This document shows, piece after piece, positions 30,254 through 40,446 of a stretch of 64,000 nucleotides of DNA. The notes under the pieces were generated by a model, which saw nothing but the letters and a program-made list of their open reading frames with translations, did no database searches and was not told the DNA's origin. This DNA comes from a virus (taxonomy: Duplodnaviria > Caudoviricetes). Numbering within the stretch: the stretch's first letter is position 1; every line of letters begins with the position of its first letter. Location of the stretch: IMG/VR virus record IMGVR_UViG_3300042350_003801, one strand, 5' to 3'. The position numbers were made by a program, and so were the translations under genes.

Positions 30254-31015
30254 TCAAGTGGTCGCGGTTTCCTGCTCGTATTCGTGTTCCGCAATTAGGA
30301 AGCTGCGAACCAAACCTGAGCGGATCACATCTTCAATGCCAAACTGAACCAAATCAAATTCTTCCATTCGTTCAAGAACTTTAGCAAAATCAAGAAAACC
30401 TTTACGTTCGCTCATTTTTGTCAAGTCCGATTGCTTAGAATCACCGGCAAAGAAGATTTTACTATCTTGACCAACACGAGTAATAACCGTTGATAGATGA
30501 TGATAGTTAAGGTTCTGGCACTCATCTACAATAAGTATGCAGTTATCATAAGTTGTTCCTCTAAGAAAAGATACACACATAAAGTCTAGAACTTTTTCGG
30601 CCTTAAGTAGACCATATAGCATTTCAAAATCTTCTTCTGTTGGCAAGTCAAACATAGACTTTACCATATGTTTGTATGGAGATTCAAATGGTGCAATCTT
30701 ATCGCTGACATTACCTGGAACAAAACCAATTTCAAGGGATTGAACAGTTGAACGCACAATGATAATTTTATCATAAGGTGTTCTTTCATTAAGAACATCT
30801 TTAAGGGCATTGTATAATAGAACGTGTGTTTTACCGGTTCCAGGAGAACCATAAGCCAGAATATTTTGTCCTCTTTCGTATGAATCAAAAAGTTTAGCCT
30901 GGTTATCAGTTAGTGGATGCATTTTATGCAATACATCTAAACTGATTGTTCTTTTATTTCTCTTTGGTGCCCTATTGTAGCCTTGTGCGTCTGCGGTCCG
31001 TCTTTTACGAGTCAT
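30254..31015 (-). CDS. phoH: PhoH family ATPase
   Basis: G.PGTGKT, IIVRS, IGF.PG, SFLRG.T, VDECQNL, TRVG, GD..QSDL. Confidence 0.93.
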   Translation of the reverse strand: MTRKRRTADAQGYNRAPKRNKRTISLDVLHKMHPLTDNQAKLFDSYERGQNILAYGSPGTGKTHVLLYNALKDVLNERTPYDKIIIVRSTVQSLEIGFVPGNVSDKIAPFESPYKHMVKSMFDLPTEEDFEMLYGLLKAEKVLDFMCVSFLRGTTYDNCILIVDECQNLNYHHLSTVITRVGQDSKIFFAGDSKQSDLTKMSERKGFLDFAKVLERMEEFDLVQFGIEDVIRSGLVRSFLIAEHEYEQETATT

Positions 31016-31038
31016 TTAGGTTCGTTTAAGGAAATGAG

Positions 31039-31284
31039 TTAGATTTTGCTGATTTTATTTTGAGACCCGGCAGATTTTGAGGCTTTTTGTAGAACCTCAT
31101 TCCATCCCGGATTCTTTTTAACTAGTTTTTCGCGCCATTCTCCGACTTCACCAACATTTATTTGAGTTGGAATGAGTGGTTTGAGATTGGGATTTTGTTC
31201 AAGATACTTTGGCTTTTCATCCATTAGCATCCATTTTTCAAAAATTTCACCAGTTTCTGTATTTTCAAATCTGTATGTCGGCAA
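31039..31284 (-). CDS. FmdB-like small conserved cyanophage protein
   Basis: MPTY.F.N..TGE.FE, GW.EVL motifs; ATAAATA at 31309-31315. Confidence 0.7.
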   Translation of the reverse strand: MPTYRFENTETGEIFEKWMLMDEKPKYLEQNPNLKPLIPTQINVGEVGEWREKLVKKNPGWNEVLQKASKSAGSQNKISKI

Positions 31285-31323
31285 CTAATAACTCCTTAAT
31301 GTCTTGACTATTTATCCAAAAAG

Positions 31324-32079
31324 TTACGGGCTTAACCTAGCTTTACGGAATCTCTTCTCTTCATAATAAGCCCAAACATTTGGAGCCCAGCGTTGTAGTT
31401 CTGGTGCAATGCCGGCACATAGAGCCTGAATTTCGAGTTGTGCATCAAGTTTGGCTCTTAGGTCTAGAAAATGTAGAACCGAACGAAGATTAAATGAAAC
31501 TACAAAATTTTGGCGAATAGCCTGGGTAAGGTAATCTCTAATGTGTTCTTCACACATTCCCCTCTCATACTTTGCGGTATAACGTTTACAGCTTTCTAAG
31601 ATATAATTAAATTCGTCTAATCTATCTTCCTCTGTCCATTCATACTTTTTACCCTTACGATTGGCATAGAAGCCAACTGGACGAACATAAAAAACGTCTT
31701 CTACATCTAATTCTCCGCTAGCAACTTTTAAAACCCGCTTCCCGGTATAACGCTGAGACTGAACATCCCAAGTAGTTCCGATGCGATGAGTTCTACCTTG
31801 AACCATAACATTATGCACAAACCCGGCACAAGAAAACGTAATCTGCGGATGCTCTAAGCATCCAAAGTGACCGCGATCATTAGCGAGAAGTTGTTCAACG
31901 ATCCATTCACCACATTTCTGAGGAGTAGGAGTTTCAACTTGATGAATAGGAACTTCCGAGTAATCATTTTTACCCGCTTGCCATACAACCTGTTCTGGAA
32001 TTGGATAGCATTGTAGCATCACAACTTCTAATCTTGGATCTAGGAGTAGAAGGTCTTCCGCTTTAACTGGCCTGCTCAT
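31324..32079 (-). CDS. thyX: FAD-dependent thymidylate synthase
   Basis: GHFGCLEH, RTHR.G..WDVQSQRY, LHFLDLR...AQLEI motifs. Confidence 0.92.
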   Translation of the reverse strand: MSRPVKAEDLLLLDPRLEVVMLQCYPIPEQVVWQAGKNDYSEVPIHQVETPTPQKCGEWIVEQLLANDRGHFGCLEHPQITFSCAGFVHNVMVQGRTHRIGTTWDVQSQRYTGKRVLKVASGELDVEDVFYVRPVGFYANRKGKKYEWTEEDRLDEFNYILESCKRYTAKYERGMCEEHIRDYLTQAIRQNFVVSFNLRSVLHFLDLRAKLDAQLEIQALCAGIAPELQRWAPNVWAYYEEKRFRKARLSP

Positions 32080-32472
32080 TCTCTTGCTCTCCTTTTGCTT
32101 TCTTACGTGATTTTTTTAGGTCCTTCATCAATAGTTTAATCTCTTGATAGGCTTCTTCTGCGGTCATCTTATCGCCAATCTCCAGGCCCACAATAATTTC
32201 AATTCTATCGGCAAAAGCCGCCATATCCTTTTCAAACGGGGTTAAATCATAAGCCATTAGTCTTCCTCTTGGTATTCGGGGTCTTCATATTCGTCTTGTA
32301 TCTTTTGTATCATATCTTCAAAACGAACAATATTCGTTTCTTCTTCCTCAACACAAACCTCATCTTTAAGAAGTTCAACAATATTCTCTAAATTTTGAAT
32401 CAAAAGTTTAAGACGTTTATTGTTTACTTTCTCGGGGACGGGCTGCTCTTGAGGTCGGTAATACCCTAGCAT
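32063..32472 (-). other. Two small hypothetical ORFs (32063-32257, 32257-32472)
   Basis: Co-oriented, overlapping ORF-track entries. Confidence 0.65.
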
Positions 32473-32487
32473 AGTTCCTCCATTTTG

Positions 32488-33204
32488 TCAAGTCCCGAAC
32501 GTGCGGGTGGTATAAATTCCGTCCTTCTCTAAAACTGCGCTACACGTATCGACCCAATCTCCACAGCAGAAATACTGATAATCATCAATAATTCTATGAT
32601 TGAGATGATGAATGTGGCCAACAATCGCCCCAGTGTATAGTCTATTGTGGAGATTTTCCTTAATTTTTAGACCGGAAATAACATCCCGTTCATAAGAATC
32701 AATATAATCTTTTCCGCGTTTTGTTTTCTTTAAGAAGTTTACCAACGATACATTGAAATTCTTCTTTAGAAAATGATTAAGAGGCGTAATCCATTCATAG
32801 CCTTTATGTAAGAAAAACTGTTTCCAATCTCCAGATGAATGAGTTGAAAGTTTATCTCCGTGAATGCACAAGAAGTTATTCCCCTTTAAATCTGTATGAA
32901 CATATTCTCTACAGAATTTAATCCCATTTAAGATGGATGAATATCTTGATAGATCCTTTTCGTGATTGCCGTAAATATAGACAATTTCACAACCGTTTTT
33001 CTTCTTTTCTAGAAGTTTATGAATGATAAGAGTATGAAGTCTATTCCATTTTGAACCTCTTTCTAGGCACATTAAATCAATAACATCACCAACGAGAACA
33101 AGTTTCTTCGTCTTAATTTCCGAAAGAAATCCCAAAAGGGCCTCGGCATTGCATCTGCTAGTGCCAATATGTAAATCCGAAATGAAAACGGTGTCGTGAA
33201 TCAT
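32488..33204 (-). CDS. Metallophosphoesterase (LpxH-like calcineurin family)
   Basis: ISDLH, VGD.ID, GNHE, IHGD, GHIH, CGDWV motifs. Confidence 0.9.
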   Translation of the reverse strand: MIHDTVFISDLHIGTSRCNAEALLGFLSEIKTKKLVLVGDVIDLMCLERGSKWNRLHTLIIHKLLEKKKNGCEIVYIYGNHEKDLSRYSSILNGIKFCREYVHTDLKGNNFLCIHGDKLSTHSSGDWKQFFLHKGYEWITPLNHFLKKNFNVSLVNFLKKTKRGKDYIDSYERDVISGLKIKENLHNRLYTGAIVGHIHHLNHRIIDDYQYFCCGDWVDTCSAVLEKDGIYTTRTFGT

Positions 33205-33584
33205 CGTCCAATATCAATAAGTGTATGATAGCCTGCATTCATCTGTTGAAGAATCCATTGGGCGCCAAGTTTTGAATCTGCAATACCGCAAGTATAAATG
33301 TCAAAGGCTGCGGTTCCTTTCTCTGGAAAGGTATGAACTGAAATATGCGATTCAGATAAAAGAAGTATTACGGTTATACCTTGCGGGTCAAATTTATGAG
33401 ACACGACATTTAAAATGGTTGCTCCACATTCATCAGCGGCTTTTCTTAAAACACGAATCATAAAGTCTTCGTTATCAAGAATCTCAAACTTACAACCATA
33501 AACATTGAGTAGACAATGATGCCCCATACTAACCATTTGGAGTATCCTCCAAAAGTTTAGAGACGATTTGTTCGGTTCCGTCAA
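33201..33584 (-). CDS. speD: S-adenosylmethionine decarboxylase proenzyme
   Basis: HKFDPQGIT...LSESHISVHTFPE.G.AAFDIYTCG. Confidence 0.93.
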   Translation of the reverse strand: MTEPNKSSLNFWRILQMVSMGHHCLLNVYGCKFEILDNEDFMIRVLRKAADECGATILNVVSHKFDPQGITVILLLSESHISVHTFPEKGTAAFDIYTCGIADSKLGAQWILQQMNAGYHTLIDIGR

Positions 33585-33692
33585 GAGTTTTCATCTCGTA
33601 TAGACTACTCCTCATATATTTTTTAATCTTCTTATATCGTTTGAGGAGTTTATTCAACTCATTATCATTAATAATTGCTCTTGCAAAACCGC

Positions 33693-34013
33693 TCATTTCT
33701 TTTTGGTTACCTCTTCCTCTTTTTTCTTATTTTGTTTCCAAAGTCTTGGAATAACTCTCCCATTGGAGTAATCAATCTTTTTAATTACTCCCCCGAACCG
33801 GTCGTAATATAAATCAAAAATGTCAACCATTCTTGCTGCTCTACAAATGTCCACTTTTTCTCCTTCTTTATCCTTATAGTGAATTAAATAAGAATCCGAA
33901 GGAAGGTCATATGTATTAACATCTAAAGTGTTGGTAAAGAGAAGTTCGCACCTATAAGAGCTGGGAATGGCTTCTTTTTCTGGTGAAGACCAAGGTTCAA
34001 GAGTTGCGATCAC
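33693..34013 (-). CDS. Conserved cyanophage hypothetical protein
   Basis: LP.DSYLIHY, DICR...VDIFD.YYD motif. Confidence 0.7.
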   Translation of the reverse strand: MIATLEPWSSPEKEAIPSSYRCELLFTNTLDVNTYDLPSDSYLIHYKDKEGEKVDICRAARMVDIFDLYYDRFGGVIKKIDYSNGRVIPRLWKQNKKKEEEVTKKK

Positions 34014-34585
34014 ACTCTATTCCCCCATTGAATCTCGGGAAATGCTTCTTTAACAACATCGAAGGAAATGTTATACTTTTCTTGTAGCTTTTTATCTGTT
34101 ACAAAACAAATAATTTCAGCCTCACGAGGATGTAGACCTTGTAGCAGATTGATGAACATTGTTTCTCGGCGAATTTTAGATAATTCTGCATTTCCACCGT
34201 GAATGAAGTTTCGGAAATTATTATATTCCTTGCGAATAGTTGTTCGGTTATTACTACCATAAGAATCTAACATCTCAGTAGTCTTTAGTTGCTTATTCAT
34301 ACTATCTGAAAAGGTTGTATCATTTCCAACAACACCAATTTCCCTGGCATCGGCAAATGGAACATCCCCCGAGGGAACTGCCGAAACTAAGCTCGGGTCA
34401 TAATTCCAAATGAATACTGCCATCATAGATGGGTCCTTATATTCTTGAAGAACTTCTACTTTTTTGGCATTAGAACGTTGTTTTACAACAAGGTCAAAAA
34501 CTTCAAATAAAAAGGGATTGGCTGGAAGTTTTTTAGGCGTAGTCACCTTCGTCGTCTTCGTCTGTGTCGTCATAATTTTGATCAA
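34010..34585 (-). CDS. Conserved T4-like cyanophage protein; likely start MTTQ lies inside the duplicated segment
   Basis: LPANPFLFEV, RRETMFINLLQGLHP.EAE motifs. Confidence 0.8.
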   Translation of the reverse strand: MIKIMTTQTKTTKVTTPKKLPANPFLFEVFDLVVKQRSNAKKVEVLQEYKDPSMMAVFIWNYDPSLVSAVPSGDVPFADAREIGVVGNDTTFSDSMNKQLKTTEMLDSYGSNNRTTIRKEYNNFRNFIHGGNAELSKIRRETMFINLLQGLHPREAEIICFVTDKKLQEKYNISFDVVKEAFPEIQWGNRV

Positions 34586-34634
34586 ATGTTACTGCGTAAA
34601 GTATGTCTGGTTTGATAGGCCCGTCGCTATTATA
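34533..34634 (-). repeat. Diverged duplicate (old 3' end) of ORF 34839-35060; its first 20 nt are the guide of the orphan omegaRNA
   Basis: Encodes YNSDGPIKPDILYAVTFDQNYDDTDEDDEGDYA* versus YNYDGSIKPDILYAVTFDQNYDDTDEEDYEDA* at 34839-34937. Confidence 0.9.
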
Positions 34635-34793
34635 GTAACAAAAACCAATAAGAGCCAAAAACTCTATTGATTTTATAGACGCTTCATAGCAGATGCTAAA
34701 TGGTAAATAACCTTTTTAGTCTTAATTCCGCTCCACGTCCGTAATCGGTGTACTCCACCGATACCCGAAAAGTATTAACTAGCCGAGCGTCTT
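34615..34793 (-). ncRNA. Orphan (protein-free) TnpB omegaRNA with guide TATAATAGCGACGGGCCTAT
   Basis: Shares CGATTACGGACGTGGAGCGGAATTAAGACT and CATTTAGCATCTGCTATGAAGCGTCTA exactly with 2640-2713; compensatory stem changes; own ATAAATA promoter at 34794-34800. Confidence 0.85.
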
Positions 34794-34838
34794 TATTTAT
34801 CTAACTTTTGTTTGTGGATAACTGAAAATACTCTATTC

Positions 34839-35060
34839 TCAGGCGTCCTCATAATCTTCTTCGTCTGTGTCGTCATAATTTTGGTCAAAAGTTACTGCAT
34901 AAAGGATATCTGGTTTGATAGACCCGTCGTAGTTATACATCTCAGGGTGAAGTCTAGGAGCCGGGGGATAAAACTTGGATGCTATAAATCCAATAATACC
35001 ACCGAGCATTAAAAAGCAAAGAACTAGTAGAACAGTTAGAGCAGTTAGTAGGCTGAACAT
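34839..35060 (-). CDS. Small membrane protein with recoded 3' end
   Basis: N-terminal hydrophobic helix, acidic tail; last 33 codons duplicated downstream. Confidence 0.8.
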   Translation of the reverse strand: MFSLLTALTVLLVLCFLMLGGIIGFIASKFYPPAPRLHPEMYNYDGSIKPDILYAVTFDQNYDDTDEEDYEDA

Positions 35061-35212
35061 TTTAGTTTTCTCCTGAATGTTTTTTAGTTATTTTTAACTC
35101 AATCTTCAGGTGAATTTCTTTTGAAAAAAATGAAACTACCTTAGCAATTCTAAAATTGAATAGTCCCTCCGTTTTTTCCTGCTTTTTACTGCGGAGCATA
35201 AACTCCACACCC

Positions 35213-35566
35213 CTATTTAGTTTTAACTTTGGCTCTCCTTCCCGGTCTCTTGTCATAAACATATTTCTCGGCGTCGTTAATGAATGATTCCAGGTAGGTC
35301 TTAATACGCCGAGCAAAAGGCTTTGAGAGGTGCCCATAAGCCTCTCTAAGGTAGCAGTGGCGAGGGTCCTGCCCACCCTCAAGGTATTCGGACAATTCTT
35401 GTATGGTGGTCTTTAGATTGACTACTGTGGGGCTACCCAAAAAATCCTGGGCATCAGTTCTTCTAAATTCTTTTTGCTGAAGATATGTATATAAATTAAG
35501 AATGAACTTACTTTCCCCAAAGGCGAAATCAATTGCTCTTTCAACATCAATGTAAACTTCTTCCAT
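35213..35566 (-). CDS. Conserved cyanophage hypothetical protein
   Basis: LREAYGHL.KP.AR.IK.YL...DA..Y..DKRPGRR motif. Confidence 0.75.
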   Translation of the reverse strand: MEEVYIDVERAIDFAFGESKFILNLYTYLQQKEFRRTDAQDFLGSPTVVNLKTTIQELSEYLEGGQDPRHCYLREAYGHLSKPFARRIKTYLESFINDAEKYVYDKRPGRRAKVKTK

Positions 35567-35802
35567 TACAGAATTTTCTGCTCCTTTAGGAATAGGATTG
35601 TATCTTTACAACCGCCCAATTTTTTATTGCCCATTAAAACTTGAGGAAAAGTTGTCCCCTCACCAAACTCATAGTAAAAATCATCTTTTGAATAATGCTC
35701 ACCAAGATTATAAACAACGTGTTCTAACCCAGCAAGGTGCATCACTTTTTTAATTTGGTCGCAATATGGGCAACAGTCTTTTGAGTAAATTACGAATTTC
35801 AT
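35566..35802 (-). CDS. grx: Glutaredoxin
   Basis: CPYC active site, TFPQV, LGGC.D. Confidence 0.92.
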   Translation of the reverse strand: MKFVIYSKDCCPYCDQIKKVMHLAGLEHVVYNLGEHYSKDDFYYEFGEGTTFPQVLMGNKKLGGCKDTILFLKEQKIL

Positions 35803-37574
35803 TTTTGGGTTTCAATATCGGAGATTCTTTTTCTTAGGGTGTCTATTTGTCTCTGCTTGCTTTCATCTTCAGCAGCTTTTCTCTGTGCATCTGCGCTCTG
35901 CTGAAGTTTCTCTTGGTTACTTTGTCGCTGCTGTTCTTGTTCTGCGGCGATTTGTTCTCTTTTTTCTACAGAGTTTTGAGCAGAGGTTGAACGAATAACC
36001 CGTCTGCGTGTTTCTATGTTTGAATTATCTTCGCAAAATTGTTGAAAGGTTTTCATCCTACTTTTTAAATTAGAACTATTTAGAGGTCAAAAATCTTTCC
36101 AGCCGCAGATTGCTTATAGAACTCCAATTCTTGTCTCAGTTTTTCGTTCTCGGAAAGCAAAGAAGTAACATTTGCATTTACTCGTTCTGATTCAGTGAGA
36201 TTGTTGCGAAAAACATCAAGAGCAGTTTTAAATTTGGTAACAAACATTTCAATTGCGGGTGAGAGGGTGTGAATCGTCTGCACCATCCAATGACTTGACG
36301 AATAGTTCGGCGAACTTTTGCATTCGTTCAGGAATGACGCTAGATGGTTGCTCGCTGATTGCCTTGCGAAGACTATCCATCTCTTTCCATTCTTCTATTG
36401 TCATTGGTTCGGTTGCATTCATTTTTTATTTAGAGTTTAGTGAAGTTTACAGAGTAGTTTTCGTTTTCTTTAGATTTAAAGAATAGTTGCTGGGTTACAT
36501 TATCCCAACCAAAGGTATTCGGTTGTAGGTCATCAAGAAACTCATCGAGAGTTAACTTATCAGTTTCTCGTCTGTAGAACCAAATAGTGAAACTATCGGG
36601 CTCTTCTTCGGTTTCAATGAATTTCGTTGAAAGTTTTTTTGTAATTTCAAAGAAACCTTCAAAGGGTTGTTGAGTCTCCGCCATTGTCAATCTTTTTAAG
36701 AAGGGTTTCTTGAAGGGTTTTTAGGGCCTCGTATTGTTGGTCAACTACAGAGATATTCTCAATAGAAACAAGAATTTCACCTATTAGACGAATCACTACA
36801 GGCTTTTCAGTTCTAGATGCAAAACTTAGTGCATTGCGAATATGTGAGGCGGCTTCACTAAGTTCTTCTTGCACTCTTTCAGAAATTTGGTTCATTGTTG
36901 GTTTTGCAGGGTTTTGAGTTTAGGATAAATCGTTTCAGCTAGATGATACCGGCCACTATCAAAACTATCATACCAGCCAGCCTCTCTGTTGGAAAGAATT
37001 TCTTCTAGTTCTTTTAGAATAGAATCAAGCATTTCCGGCGGGTTGGGTAGAGATGGAGTTGGGCCGTAATCTGTGATAAGAGACGCTGTTCCAAAAGTCT
37101 CTTTCATATAAACTGGATCTCGGTCTGTTTTTGCCATTGTTTTAGTGAGTTGTGTCTCTGGTAATAGTTGGATAAATTGGTTCAATTTTACTTATGTTGC
37201 ACCAATCTGGTTTTTCCTTAAAGGTGCTACAAAGTTTTTGTTGCTCAGTTTGAGTTTTTGTGGTAAGTTGCCTATGAATGCAGGGAATGAAGACAACTCC
37301 ACAAACTATAGTTGCGGTGATTACATCAATCATCCGCCGAAACAAAACGTTGTGGATGTTGAGTAATTACAGAGTTCCAAACTTCTGGAAACTGCAAGTC
37401 AACTCGCTCAATAGAATATTCTAGAAAGGCAATTGCTGCATCTAATGCTACATCTGGATTTTCAGATTTTTCACGAGTATAATAGAGCATCTGTTTAACG
37501 TGTTCAAAGTTAAACAGAAGTTGTTCCATTTCACTTAATGAATCAAAAGAAGAAATGTAATGTGCGTCAAACAT
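35799..37574 (-). other. Cluster of small hypothetical ORFs (35799-36056, 36080-36286, 36430-36690, 36659-36895, 36892-37185, 37142-37345, 37326-37574)
   Basis: Tightly packed co-oriented ORFs; no recognisable motifs. Confidence 0.65.
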
Positions 37575-37576
37575 GA

Positions 37577-38650
37577 TTAAATGAATCCTACAATAGATTT
37601 TGATTTAAGTTGGCTAGAAAAAGGCTGACGATTAAAGACTTCAGCTAGTGAAACCTCTTTTTCAAAAGGTGTTTGTTCAAGTTTAAGAGCCTCGGACACC
37701 GTATTAGCCTGCTGAGCTGTAAGATTCTCAAAATTAAGAATATCAAAGCACCGGCCAGGGCGAATAAGAGCAGGATCAATTTCTTTAACCGAAGGAAGAT
37801 TTGTTGTAAAAATAATCTTCTTATGTTGATTGCTAACTAATCCATCCCCAATATTGAGGAATTTCATAATCATATGATTTCCGTCCTTTCTCGGCCTAAG
37901 GAAAGTGTCGGAATCCTCAAGAACCAAAAGTTGACTATTATCATCACCAATAAAGTTGGCAAAGAAACTATCGTCTTCAAGAATCTTTACATCGTAGGAG
38001 ACGATAGCATTGCTTTTAGTATGTGCAATAAGACCCCGTAGAAATGTAGTCTTTCCGGTTCCAGGTGGACCAATAAGAATGAGAATAGAAGCCCTGGACT
38101 TCATATATTCATCATAATAATCTTCAAGTGACTTTTCACCGAGAAATGGATAGAACTCTTTAATTGGATAGTTGTCAGTTAAAACCGGAAGAGTTATGCT
38201 ATCACCTTTTCGGTTGTAGACCCATTCAATCGATGAAACAACTTCCTCAAAATTATCTTTAAAGAGCTGTTGCACTCTTTGAACCTCTTGCTCTTCTCCG
38301 AAAATTTGAACACTTGTTGAGTTTCGGTGAATAGCGCGAATTTCAATAACACATTGTTCACTCTTAAGAAGAAATGAATATTGCGTCTGCGAAATAACGA
38401 AATCTGGTAAAACCGCTTTTACAAACTCTTTGAGATTTTCTGGATTAGTGTAAAACTTGTAATCGGCCTTAAATACATTTTCTGAATTTTCCCAAGAAGA
38501 GTTGAGGAACTTGCCGAGAATGAAGTCTGAATAACAAATTTCTTGATAAGAGATGGAGTCGTTTGGCATTTCCTTTTTCATTGGTTCGTTCACATCATAG
38601 AACATTTTCGAGCGTGTTGGGTAGTAGGTGGACAGTTTTGTAACCGTCAT
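37577..38650 (-). CDS. AAA+ ATPase (paralog of 7882-8994); true start probably downstream of the ORF-track start
   Basis: GPPGTGKT, LVLEDSD, FTTN, ALIRPGRCFD; promoter box overlaps the annotated start. Confidence 0.9.
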   Translation of the reverse strand: MTVTKLSTYYPTRSKMFYDVNEPMKKEMPNDSISYQEICYSDFILGKFLNSSWENSENVFKADYKFYTNPENLKEFVKAVLPDFVISQTQYSFLLKSEQCVIEIRAIHRNSTSVQIFGEEQEVQRVQQLFKDNFEEVVSSIEWVYNRKGDSITLPVLTDNYPIKEFYPFLGEKSLEDYYDEYMKSRASILILIGPPGTGKTTFLRGLIAHTKSNAIVSYDVKILEDDSFFANFIGDDNSQLLVLEDSDTFLRPRKDGNHMIMKFLNIGDGLVSNQHKKIIFTTNLPSVKEIDPALIRPGRCFDILNFENLTAQQANTVSEALKLEQTPFEKEVSLAEVFNRQPFSSQLKSKSIVGFI

Positions 38651-40434
38651 AGTTGGTAATAATCGTCTTTTGGCTTGCTCTTTTGAAGTTTAATGAAATC
38701 TTCCGCCCGGTCGTATGAACGAAAAAATATCCTGTGCGGCGGAAAACTGGTTTCCCAATAATCCCAGTACACAAAAAAACGTTTATACTGTGGAACATAA
38801 ATGGTTAAGCCTTCTATGTCTGTTGTTTTTTTGATTCTGTGACTCATTTTTTGGGTTGCGTTTTTTGGAGGGTATAATCTTTTGCTTTTAAAGCATTCCG
38901 TTTAATATATTTTTCCATATCAATTTTATCTTTAAACCAACAAGTCTTCTTTTCGCCCCTATCTGAATGTTGCAGCTCAAATGGAAAGCTCAGATGAAAA
39001 GGCTTTGCATTCGGCTGTTCAACTGGTAGCGGGGCATTTGCAGGAGGATTTACCTTTGTTGTTGCATTGAGATTTCTACGCTTTTTTGCCACTTTCTCGT
39101 CCTGCTTCAAATGCTGCTTTTAACCAAGATAGAAAAACTCTCTCGGCTTCCTTCTTTTGCAGTTCGTCACCATCTTTTAAATAATGGTCACAATCTCCGA
39201 AAAACCTTTCACTCTTAAGAGAGAAATATTCAAGATAATAAAACCATTCGTCAAATGTGCTTTTTGTTTCCATTATCAACCCTCAAAGTCTTTAAATAAT
39301 TTTGATAACGGAGAAATTTTTGAATCGTTGGTTCTACCCCTAGACTCTCACAACAAAAAGTGTAACTAAGGAACTCGAACCAGGGGGCAGTGGAATCAAA
39401 ATCACTCATCATCTTCTTCTTCAGGTTTAAGGTCATAGTAGCACATATCTTCTTCATATCGGTGAAAAATACTACTACACGCCTCAACAAACGAATTTGA
39501 GATTTTCATAACATTCTCGTGACTGTCCTCAAAGTTATTCGTCAAAGAATCAATAAAATCTTCAGAAGGAATTTTAGCAAACAAAAGAGTAAGGGCGGCA
39601 ATCAAATAACCACCAATCCAATGGGCAGGAGAAACATCTCTCATAACTAAGATTCTATCAAAAGTGCTCGGCTCATCTTCTTCTAATTCTTCATCCTCAC
39701 TATAATATGCGATTCTCTGCATTCCGCAGAGCCATACTAATTCCATCATTAGATAGTTTTGCCCGTCGCTATCCAATGGCAATAAGTCTTCTTTTGTTGG
39801 AACCTTTCCACACTGCAAAACCTTAATAATCTCATCTGGAACATCTTCCAGTTCAATGTCTTCATAAAGAGCAGAATCCAGATTATAGCGGCTTTGTAAA
39901 CATTCAATAAACTCAACGGTAAATTCTGATGTGGATTCACTTTCAGCCTTAAGAGAGGCAACCATACTATTCAGTTGGGTAAAATCAAGTTCTTCAGTCA
40001 CAGTTTTGGTTCCTCACTTTTTTTAACATTTTTGACAAGTTCTCTGATAAGGAGACGGTATTCAATTTCCATTCTTAGACGGACTAATGGATTTTTTGGA
40101 TGATTATTCATCAACCACCATAAACCAGCAATCTTAACCCCGAGAAATTTAAGATTAAGAATAATGTATTCGGCAAACCTCGGTTCTATGTAAAGAAGGT
40201 AAAACAAGAAGCCAAAAAAGATTATAAGAGTTTGAAAATAAAGATTCATTTTTTGTGGAGTTTAATTGTTTGCTCTGGGCCAATTTGGACTGGACAATTG
40301 GGAACCGCTTTTCGGAGTTCACGAAAAATATGAACTTTTTGTTTAAGTGATAAGTTAGCAGATTTAACTAATCTTTCAGAAATGTCCACAAGTTGATTGC
40401 AAGTAAGAGTAGTTACAAGTATAAAAGGAAGCAT
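38647..40434 (-). other. Cluster of small hypothetical ORFs (38647-38847, 38844-39110, 39076-39279, 39402-40001, 39998-40249, 40246-40434)
   Basis: Overlapping start/stop chain on the minus strand. Confidence 0.65.
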
Positions 40435-40446
40435 TATCTTCTGTCC

